NCBI GenBank assembly: GCA_964460915.1
Contig: CAYWRQ010000003.1
Span: 1 to 42,004, forward strand
Source: an uncultured Oscillospiraceae bacterium
GTDB taxonomy: Bacteria > Bacillota > Clostridia > Oscillospirales > Ruminococcaceae
Length of the DNA: 42,004 nucleotides
Reading direction: 5' to 3'
Below are positions 17,509 through 25,106 of this stretch, piece after piece. The notes below the pieces were generated by a model. That model was not told where the DNA came from. It saw only the letters and a program-made list of their open reading frames with translations, and made no database searches. Numbering within the stretch: position 1 is the first letter of the stretch; each line of letters begins with the position of its first letter. The position numbers and the translations under genes were made by a program.

Positions 17509-17617
17509 TCAGGGAAAAAAGTTTATTGTCTTTGCCGGTCAATCGGCATGACCGGTAGCCTGTCCCAGCCTAGCTTGGCGCCGACAGGCAAGCAAAAACG
17601 GAAAGGAACATGAGAAG

Positions 17618-19360
17618 ATGATAAATCTAAAAATCAATAATATCCCTATCTCTGTCGAGCCTGGCACCACTATCTTGGAAGCCGCCCGTCAGCTGGGTAT
17701 CAATATTCCCACCCTTTGTTACCTTAAGGACATCAACGAAATCGGTGCTTGCAGAATCTGCACCGTTGAGGTAAAGAATGCCAAGGGTTTGCTCCCTGCT
17801 TGTGTTTACCCGGTAAACGAAGGAATGGAAGTATTCACTAATTCCATAAAGGTTCTCGACGCCCGTAAGAAAAACCTTGAGTTGCTGCTTTCTGTGCATC
17901 ATAAGGAATGTTTGTCCTGTCCCAGAAGTGGCAGCTGTGAATTCCAGAAGCTGTGCAACGATTACGGCATCTCTGATGAACATGTTTATGAAGGCGTGAA
18001 AAATGAATATGAAATCGATGACAGCGCTGTTCACATGATCCGTGACAATTCCAAGTGTGTACTTTGTCGCCGTTGTGTAGCTGTATGTCGGAAGTATCAG
18101 GATTGCGGCGTCATTGGCCCAATCGATCGTGGTTTCCAGACCCACATTGGTTCTGCTTTCGAGCAGAACCTGGCTGATGTTGCTTGCGTATCCTGCGGTC
18201 AGTGCATTGCTGCTTGCCCCACTGGCGCTCTTCAAGAAAAAGATTCCACTGACAAGGTTTGGGCTGCCCTGTCCGATCCGACCAAAACTGTTATCGTTCA
18301 GACTGCCCCTGCGGTCAGGGTCGGACTTGGTGAATCGTTTGGCCTGCCAATGGGTACCAATGTTGAAGGCAAGATGGTGGCTGCTCTCCGTCGTATCGGT
18401 TTTACAAAGGTATTTGATACCGTTTTTGGCGCGGATCTGACAATCATGGAAGAAGCAAATGAACTGGTCGAAAGAATTAAAACTGGCGGCGTTCTTCCGA
18501 TGATCACTTCTTGCAGCCCTGGTTGGGTTAAGTACTGCGAATACTACTTCCCTGATCTGATTCCGAACCTGTCCACAACTAAATCGCCTCAGCAGATATT
18601 CGGTGCAACTGTAAAAACTTGGTATGCGGAAAAAATGGGGATAGATCCTAAGAATATTGTTGTTGTTTCCATCATGCCCTGCACCGCTAAGAAATTCGAG
18701 ATCGGCCGTGACGATCAGAACGCTGCCGGTGTTCCCGACGTCGATATCTCGCTGACCACCAGAGAACTGGCGAAGATGATCAAGGCTTCCGGCCTGGACT
18801 TCAACCTCCTGCCCGATGAAGATTTCGACGCGCCTCTGGGCCTTGGCGCCGGTGCTGGCGTTATCTTCGGCGCAACCGGCGGCGTTATGGAGGCTGCTCT
18901 CCGTACCGCAAACGACTGGCTCACCGGTACCGATACGCCTGCTGAAAAGATGGACTTCACCGCTGTACGCGGCACCGAAGGCATCAAAGAAGCGACTTAT
19001 ACCGTCGGCGGCGTAACCCTCAAGGTTGCGATCTGCTCCGGCCTGGCAAACGCGAAGAAGCTGCTGACTGCGATCCGCAACGGCGAAGCAGATTATCAGT
19101 TTGTCGAAGTCATGGCTTGCCCCGGAGGCTGTGTCAACGGCGGCGGCCAACCCTTCGTTCCGGCTTCGGTCAAGAACTTTGTCAATGTTCGCGCGATCCG
19201 TGCGAAAGGCCTGTACAGCGAAGATGAGGCGCTTACGATCCGTAAATCCCATCAGAATCCCTCGATCATTGAACTGTACAACGATTACCTTGGCACTCCC
19301 GGCAGCGAAAAGGCTCACCACCTGTTGCATACCTCTTACGTTCCCCGCAAGAGATACTAA
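17618..19360 (+). CDS. hydA: [FeFe]-hydrogenase catalytic subunit (HydA, CpI-like M3 architecture)
   Basis: N-terminal 2Fe-2S domain, His-ligated cluster motif HKECLSCPRSGSC and 2x[4Fe-4S] motifs (CVLCRRCVAVC, CVSCGQCIAACP). H-cluster motifs are TSCSPGW (variant), MPCTAKKFE and EVMACPGGCVNGGGQP. Confidence 0.93.
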   Translation: MINLKINNIPISVEPGTTILEAARQLGINIPTLCYLKDINEIGACRICTVEVKNAKGLLPACVYPVNEGMEVFTNSIKVLDARKKNLELLLSVHHKECLSCPRSGSCEFQKLCNDYGISDEHVYEGVKNEYEIDDSAVHMIRDNSKCVLCRRCVAVCRKYQDCGVIGPIDRGFQTHIGSAFEQNLADVACVSCGQCIAACPTGALQEKDSTDKVWAALSDPTKTVIVQTAPAVRVGLGESFGLPMGTNVEGKMVAALRRIGFTKVFDTVFGADLTIMEEANELVERIKTGGVLPMITSCSPGWVKYCEYYFPDLIPNLSTTKSPQQIFGATVKTWYAEKMGIDPKNIVVVSIMPCTAKKFEIGRDDQNAAGVPDVDISLTTRELAKMIKASGLDFNLLPDEDFDAPLGLGAGAGVIFGATGGVMEAALRTANDWLTGTDTPAEKMDFTAVRGTEGIKEATYTVGGVTLKVAICSGLANAKKLLTAIRNGEADYQFVEVMACPGGCVNGGGQPFVPASVKNFVNVRAIRAKGLYSEDEALTIRKSHQNPSIIELYNDYLGTPGSEKAHHLLHTSYVPRKRY

Positions 19361-19372
19361 TTTTATAAATCG

Positions 19373-19403
19373 AATGGCTCCCGGTTTCGGCCGGGGGCCA
19401 TTT
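19373..19403 (+). terminator. Rho-independent terminator after hydA
   Basis: Stem AATGGCTCCCGG / CCGGGGGCCATT with one G-U pair, followed by TTTGTCTGT. Confidence 0.7.
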
Positions 19404-19505
19404 GTCTGTCCGGAAAGGCAGGACGGCCCGGAATAAAAGCCGGATGTACACTCCTCTGTAAATGATTGCCGGATTTTTTGTCCATGAAAATTTACAAAAT
19501 CCATG

Positions 19506-19534
19506 TTGGAAGAAAATATTTACTGCGTTATACT
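19506..19534 (+). promoter_or_regulatory. Candidate promoter of the MarR gene
   Basis: TTGGAA (19506..19511), a 17-nt spacer, then TATACT (19529..19534). The palindrome-containing motif GGTTAGCTAA (19544..19553) sits at the predicted transcript start. Confidence 0.5.
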
Positions 19535-19578
19535 ATTGACTAAGGTTAGCTAAATAATGCTGAAAAGGGGGCAAAACG

Positions 19579-20007
19579 ATGGATTACGCGTTATTAGCAG
19601 ACGAGTTAATCCGGTATATAATTCGGCTGCGGTTCACCGAAGTGAATCGCTGCATTGACGACAATATCCGTGGAGAGCCTTTTATTTTAGCCCATGTCTA
19701 TCATGCTCACTCTGCCCTTCCCGGCGAATTGGCCGCAGCTATGCAGACTTCGACTGCATATGTGGCCAAGGTCCTGCGGGGACTGGAGGAAAAAGGGCTG
19801 ATCTGCCGCACACTGGATACCCACGACCGCAGGCGGATCCTGGTTACCCTGACAGATAAAGGGATCCGGCAGGCGGAAATGAACGAGCAGTTTGTCAAGG
19901 CAAAAACACAGCAGATGCTTGAAAATCTGGGCGCGGAAGATGCTTTGGCACTGATCCGTATCTTGAAAAAGATTTCGGGTGCCTTGGCTGAAGCACATTC
20001 CTCATAA
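19579..20007 (+). CDS. MarR family transcriptional regulator
   Basis: 142 aa with a winged-HTH region (LPGELAAAMQTSTAYVAKVLRGLEEKGLICRTLDTHDRRRILVTLTDKG). Confidence 0.85.
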   Translation: MDYALLADELIRYIIRLRFTEVNRCIDDNIRGEPFILAHVYHAHSALPGELAAAMQTSTAYVAKVLRGLEEKGLICRTLDTHDRRRILVTLTDKGIRQAEMNEQFVKAKTQQMLENLGAEDALALIRILKKISGALAEAHSS

Positions 20008-20118
20008 GCAGCACCGCAAACGGCAGCTGGAAAGCTGCCTATTTAAAAGGAAAAATGCTAACCTTTTTAGCTAACTTTGTTCATATTCTTCATGTTTTCG
20101 TCATAAGGAGGTTACACA

Positions 20119-21879
20119 ATGCTCAAACTGTTTAAACGGCTGAATGGGCGGGAATGGGCCATGGCGGGCGCTTGTCTCGTCTTTATTGTCGGGCAGGTCT
20201 GGCTGGATTTACGGCTGCCGGAATACATGAGCGAGATCACCAAGCTGGTGCAGACGGAAGGCAGCAAAATGGCGGATGTCTTGCTTGCCGGCGGAAAAAT
20301 GCTTCTCTGTGCGCTGGGAAGTATGTCGCTGGCCGTACTCACCGGTTTTTTTACCGCAATCATTGCATCAACCCTGACCCGGAATCTGCAAAGCGAGATT
20401 TACCACAAGGTCCTCTCCTTCTCTTCCGAAGAAATGGGACGCTTTTCGACCGCCAGCCTGATCACCCGTTCAACCAACGACGTCAACCAGATTCAGATGA
20501 TCGTGGCGATGGGGATGCAGCTGGTCTTGAAAGCGCCGATCATGGCGGTCATGGCCATTGCCAAAATCCAGGATAAAGGCAGCTGGCAATGGACTGCGCT
20601 TACCGGCGGCGCCGTTTTGGTCCTTCTGACCCTGATTCTGGTTTTGATGTGTTATGCCCTGCCGAAGTTCAAGCGGATCCAGGGCCTGACCGATAATCTC
20701 AACCGGATTACCCGCGAAAACCTGACCGGCCTGCGGGTTGTCCGCGCGTACAACGCCGAAGCCTACCAGGAAGGCAAATTCACAAAGGCCAACCGCGAGC
20801 TGACGGAAAACAACTTAAAAGCACAAAGGGCTTTGGTCTGCACCAACCCGGTCATGAACATGGTTATGAATGGGCTGACCCTGGGGATTTACTGGATCGG
20901 TGCATATTTGATCAACAGCGCCGGGATGCAGGAAAAGCTGGACATCTTCTCCAACATGGTAGTCTTTTCCTCATATGCCATGCAAGTTATCATGTCCTTT
21001 ATTATGGTCGCCATGATTTTCGTCATGCTGCCCCGTGCGTTGGTTTCGGCAAAACGTATCCTTGAGGTTTTGGAAACGCAGCCGGCCCTGAAAAACGGGG
21101 AGAATGACGGAAAAACCGAGAAGACCGGCGAAATTGAATTCCAAAATGTCAGCTTTCGTTATCCGGATGCCGACCAGGACGTTTTGCAGGACATTTCCTT
21201 TACGGCAAAGCGCGGCGAAACCGTTGCCTTTATCGGCGCGACCGGCTCGGGCAAGACGACCCTTGTCAACCTGATCCCCCGGCTTTACGATGTCCGTGCC
21301 GGCCGGGTCTTGGTTGACGGGATCGATGTCCGCGCGTACGATATCAAGGCGCTGCGGAACAAGCTCGGGTACGTTTCCCAGAAGGCGGTTTTGTTTGCCG
21401 GAAATATCCGCAGCAATATCACCCTCGGCGACAACGGGCGGGAATCCCCCGACGATGCCGGTATCGAAACCGCCATCGACATCGCCCAGGGCAGCGATTT
21501 CGTAGACGGCATTCCCGAAGGGATTGACGGTATGGTCGCGCAAAACGGCGCCAATTTTTCCGGCGGCCAGAAGCAGCGCCTCTCCATCGCCCGTGCGATC
21601 GCCCGCAAACCGGAAATCTACATCTTCGACGATTCCTTCTCCGCCCTGGACTATAAGACCGACCGAACGCTGCGTACCCGGCTGAAACAGGAAACGGCCG
21701 GTGTCACGACGCTGATTGTTGCCCAGCGGATTGGCACGATTCTGGACGCGGACAAAATCGTTGTCCTTGAGGACGGAAAAGCGGTCGGCATCGGAACCCA
21801 TCACGAGCTGCTGAAAACCTGCCCAGTATACCAGGAAATCGCCGCATCCCAGCTTTCAAAGGAGGAACTTGAACGATGA
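20119..21879 (+). CDS. ABC exporter half-transporter (TMD-NBD), degenerate-site partner
   Basis: Walker A GATGSGKTT and signature FSGGQ. Walker B is IYIFDDS, with Asp where the catalytic Glu normally sits. The switch region is IVAQR, with Gln in place of His. AAGGAGG lies upstream. Confidence 0.88.
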   Translation: MLKLFKRLNGREWAMAGACLVFIVGQVWLDLRLPEYMSEITKLVQTEGSKMADVLLAGGKMLLCALGSMSLAVLTGFFTAIIASTLTRNLQSEIYHKVLSFSSEEMGRFSTASLITRSTNDVNQIQMIVAMGMQLVLKAPIMAVMAIAKIQDKGSWQWTALTGGAVLVLLTLILVLMCYALPKFKRIQGLTDNLNRITRENLTGLRVVRAYNAEAYQEGKFTKANRELTENNLKAQRALVCTNPVMNMVMNGLTLGIYWIGAYLINSAGMQEKLDIFSNMVVFSSYAMQVIMSFIMVAMIFVMLPRALVSAKRILEVLETQPALKNGENDGKTEKTGEIEFQNVSFRYPDADQDVLQDISFTAKRGETVAFIGATGSGKTTLVNLIPRLYDVRAGRVLVDGIDVRAYDIKALRNKLGYVSQKAVLFAGNIRSNITLGDNGRESPDDAGIETAIDIAQGSDFVDGIPEGIDGMVAQNGANFSGGQKQRLSIARAIARKPEIYIFDDSFSALDYKTDRTLRTRLKQETAGVTTLIVAQRIGTILDADKIVVLEDGKAVGIGTHHELLKTCPVYQEIAASQLSKEELER

Positions 21880-23654
21880 AGCCAATGAAAATGAAGAAAA
21901 TGTCTCCCTCCTCCCCTCCTTCCAAAGAAGGTCTGATGAAGCTTTACGCTTTCTGCAAAAAATACCTCTACGCAATTATCATTGCGCTGGTATGCGCCGC
22001 CGGCAGCGCCATCTTTACGATCATCGGCCCGAATAAAATCCAGAATCTGACCGATACGATCACCGCCGGGATGCTGAGCGGGATCAACATGGACGAGGTA
22101 ACTCGGATCTGTATCACCCTTGTCCTGATGTACGGCAGCTCGGCGCTGTTAAACTTTATCCAATCCCAGCTGATGACAACGACGACCCAGCGCATCTCCC
22201 AAAGCCTGCGGGAGGAAATCAGCCATAAGATCAACCGCCTCCCCATCGGCTATTACAACAAAACGACCTTCGGAGACGTTTTGTCCCGCGTCACCAACGA
22301 TGTCGATACCATAGGAGAAACCTTCCAGCGCAGCATTGTTACGCTGATTTCTTCGGTTATTCTGTTGATCGGCTGCCTGATTATGATGTTTAAGACCAAC
22401 TGGATTATGACCGTTTCCGCGATTCTCGCCTCCCTGATCGGCTTCGTCCTGATGATCCTGATCATGGGCCGGTCGCAGCGGTACTTTATCGCCCGCCAGC
22501 AAGGGCTTGGCGACCTCAACGGCCATATCGAAGAGGCTTTCTCCGGACACACGGTTCTCCGGGCCAGCAACGCCGAGGAGCAGTTTATAAAGCGCTTTGA
22601 GGTGCTCAACAACAAGCTGTACAGCACCAGCTGGAAATCCCAATTCCTCTCCGGGCTGATGCAGCCGCTGATGGGCTTTATCGGCAACTTTGGATACGTG
22701 ACCGTCTGCGTCGTCGGCGCGGCCCTCGTGATAAACGGAAACATCACCTTTGGCGTGATTGTGGCGTTTATGCTCTACGTCCGCCTATTTTCCAATCCTC
22801 TCTCCCAGATCGCACAGGCCGCGACCAGCCTGCAGTCCGCCGCTGCCGCATCCGGGCGGGTATTCGAATTCCTGGACGCGGAGGAAATGGCGGACGAAAG
22901 CGGCAAAACCGCTTTGCTGTCCAACCCCACCGGCCAGGTCACCTTTTCCCATGTCCGGTTCGGTTATGAGCCTGACCGGATGATCATCCACGACTTTTCC
23001 CAGCAGGTGAAACCCGGCCAAAAGGTTGCCATCGTCGGCCCGACCGGCGCAGGCAAGACGACGCTCGTCAACCTGCTGATGCGCTTTTACGAGTTAAACG
23101 GCGGCAGTATCTCGCTCGACGGGATCGACCTCTCCTCACTGACCCGGCAAAATGTGCACGGGCTGTTTGGCATGGTGCTGCAGGATACCTGGCTGTTTGA
23201 AGGAACCATCCGGGACAATATTGTCTACGGCAAAGAAGGCATCACCGATGAAGATCTCGACCGGGTCACCAAGGCCGTCGGCTTGTACCACTATATCCAT
23301 ACAATGCCCAACGGGTACGACACGGTGATCGACTCCCGCACCAACCTTTCGGAAGGGCAAAAGCAGCTTTTGACGATTGCCCGTGCAATGATCGAAAACG
23401 CGCCGATGCTGATCCTCGATGAAGCGACCTCGTCGGTCGATACCCGCACCGAAATCCTGATCCAGCGGGCGATGGATAAGCTGACCGAAGGGCGTACCTC
23501 CTTCGTCATTGCCCACCGGCTGTCGACCATCAAAAACGCCGATGTGATCCTTGTCCTCCGCGACGGCGATATCGTCGAAAGCGGCAGCCATCAGCAACTG
23601 CTGGACAAGGGTGGCTTCTACGCGGAGCTTTACAACGCGCAGTTTGCCGGCTAA
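21876..23654 (+). CDS. ABC exporter half-transporter (TMD-NBD), consensus-site partner
   Basis: Walker A GPTGAGKTT, Walker B LILDEATS and switch IAHR. The signature is LSEGQ rather than LSGGQ. The ATG overlaps the upstream stop (ATGA). Confidence 0.88.
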   Translation: MKPMKMKKMSPSSPPSKEGLMKLYAFCKKYLYAIIIALVCAAGSAIFTIIGPNKIQNLTDTITAGMLSGINMDEVTRICITLVLMYGSSALLNFIQSQLMTTTTQRISQSLREEISHKINRLPIGYYNKTTFGDVLSRVTNDVDTIGETFQRSIVTLISSVILLIGCLIMMFKTNWIMTVSAILASLIGFVLMILIMGRSQRYFIARQQGLGDLNGHIEEAFSGHTVLRASNAEEQFIKRFEVLNNKLYSTSWKSQFLSGLMQPLMGFIGNFGYVTVCVVGAALVINGNITFGVIVAFMLYVRLFSNPLSQIAQAATSLQSAAAASGRVFEFLDAEEMADESGKTALLSNPTGQVTFSHVRFGYEPDRMIIHDFSQQVKPGQKVAIVGPTGAGKTTLVNLLMRFYELNGGSISLDGIDLSSLTRQNVHGLFGMVLQDTWLFEGTIRDNIVYGKEGITDEDLDRVTKAVGLYHYIHTMPNGYDTVIDSRTNLSEGQKQLLTIARAMIENAPMLILDEATSSVDTRTEILIQRAMDKLTEGRTSFVIAHRLSTIKNADVILVLRDGDIVESGSHQQLLDKGGFYAELYNAQFAG

Positions 23655-23662
23655 ACAGACAG

Positions 23663-23704
23663 AAAAAGGCCCGCCCCGATCAAACATCGTGGGCGGGCCT
23701 TTCC
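23663..23704. terminator. Bidirectional terminator between the ABC exporter and the HEAT-repeat gene
   Basis: Stem GGCCCGCCC / GGGCGGGCC (23668..23676 and 23691..23699), flanked by AAAAA and TTT. Confidence 0.75.
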
Positions 23705-23716
23705 GATTCATTTCTA

Positions 23717-24058
23717 TTATCCGCGGAATTTGGCGATCGCTTTGCGGATTTCCTCCTGTACGGCAGGCTCCTCTTCTGTCTCCAGCCGCCGGACTAGGAA
23801 GGTCACGGCTGTCGAATAGCGCATTTCTCCCAGCGCATAGGCCGCGGCAGCCCGCTTTTCCGAATCCGGGGAACCCAGCATCTCGCAGAGCTGCGGCAGA
23901 TAAGAATCCATCTGTTCCTCGCCGATGATACGCACCGTCTTAATCAGCATCGCTTTTCCCTGCTTCATACACTTCTGAAGATATTTTTCGTTTCGATCAT
24001 TGCAGGCCTGGCGGATTTTTTCCTCCAGCTTTTCCGGATCTTTTTGAAACAGCGGCAT
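23717..24058 (-). CDS. Small HEAT-repeat (PBS-lyase-like) protein, function unknown
   Basis: 113 aa. The pattern EKRAAAAYALGEMRYSTAVTFLVRRLETEEEPAVQEEIRKAI is HEAT-repeat-like. Confidence 0.5.
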   Translation of the reverse strand: MPLFQKDPEKLEEKIRQACNDRNEKYLQKCMKQGKAMLIKTVRIIGEEQMDSYLPQLCEMLGSPDSEKRAAAAYALGEMRYSTAVTFLVRRLETEEEPAVQEEIRKAIAKFRG

Positions 24059-24156
24059 AAAAGTCCTTCTTTCCGATCTTTTCTTTCCTTTAGTTTACCG
24101 CTCCCGGCGGATGAAGTCAAGAAAGGGATCATGAAATTTTTGTCAATAAAGCGGGC

Positions 24157-25068
24157 TTACCGGTCGGTCAAAAACGCCTGCACCTCCGCCGCCGACGGGA
24201 TTGAGGCCTGTGCGCTGGGGCGGGAAACGGCAATCGCGGCGGCTGTATTGGCGTACTGCAGCGCCTCTTCGATACTGCCCGCATAGGCACACACAAAGGC
24301 CGCCGTAAAGCAGTCCCCGGCGGCCGTAGAGTCGACCGCCCGCACCTTTCGCGCCGGTACCAGGACCGGCTTTCCTTCCCCGACCGCGAGGACGCCCCTG
24401 CTCCCAAGGGAAACCAGCACCGTCCCCGCTCCTTTTTGCCGCAGAGTATGTGCCGCCGCTTCGCACTCCTCCACCGTACCGGCCGGCATACCGGTCAGGA
24501 TTGCCAGCTCTGTTTCATTGGGTTTGATGAAATCCGCAAGGCCGATCAGTTCATCCGGCAGATCCGGAACCGCCGGGGCCGGATCCAAAACGACCGTCTT
24601 GCCCAACCGGTGCGCCAGCTCCGCACCATATAAAACCGTCTCGACCGGCACCTCCAGCTGCAGGACTACGCAGTCTGCCGCTTCGATCAGCGCCCGATGG
24701 CGGTCGATATCGCCGGGAGAGAGGGTTCCGTTGGCACCGGAAAGGATGATGATGCTGTTCTCTCCGGAGGAATCGACCGTAATAAAGGCCTGCCCGGTCG
24801 GCTGTTCCCGGCGGGCAATGCCGGAAACATCCACCCCGACCCTTTGCAGATTCTCCAGCAGCAGCTTCCCCGCGTCGTCCTCTCCTACGGCCCCGATCAT
24901 CGCCGTCCCGCACCCCAGTTTCCCGAGGGCATAGGCCTGGTTGGCCCCTTTCCCGCCCGGGGTCAGGGTCAGCGTATCCGCCGAAACCGTCTGTCCGGGG
25001 CGCGGCATCTGCTGTAAACCAATCGAATAATCGAGATTCAAGCTTCCGATTACAACCGCTTTTTTCAT
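24157..25068 (-). CDS. rbsK: Ribokinase
   Basis: PfkB family with GSLNLDY, GGKGANQA and a C-terminal DSTAAGDCF anion-hole motif. Confidence 0.85.
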   Translation of the reverse strand: MKKAVVIGSLNLDYSIGLQQMPRPGQTVSADTLTLTPGGKGANQAYALGKLGCGTAMIGAVGEDDAGKLLLENLQRVGVDVSGIARREQPTGQAFITVDSSGENSIIILSGANGTLSPGDIDRHRALIEAADCVVLQLEVPVETVLYGAELAHRLGKTVVLDPAPAVPDLPDELIGLADFIKPNETELAILTGMPAGTVEECEAAAHTLRQKGAGTVLVSLGSRGVLAVGEGKPVLVPARKVRAVDSTAAGDCFTAAFVCAYAGSIEEALQYANTAAAIAVSRPSAQASIPSAAEVQAFLTDR

Positions 25069-25106
25069 AAACAGCCTTCCCTTCGCAAATACTTCAAAAC
25101 CAAATC

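Noticed and set aside
15697-19504. Very long minus-strand ORFs (15697..17430, 577 aa; 17627..19504, 625 aa) that are almost coextensive with hydB and hydA.
   Set aside because: Both are in the exact codon-complement register of the plus-strand genes (start coordinates are congruent modulo 3). They stay open simply because hydB and hydA avoid TTA, CTA and TCA codons. Their translations are low-complexity and rich in Ala, Gly, Arg, Val and Asp, with no motifs. The plus-strand products carry full NuoF and hydrogenase motif sets.
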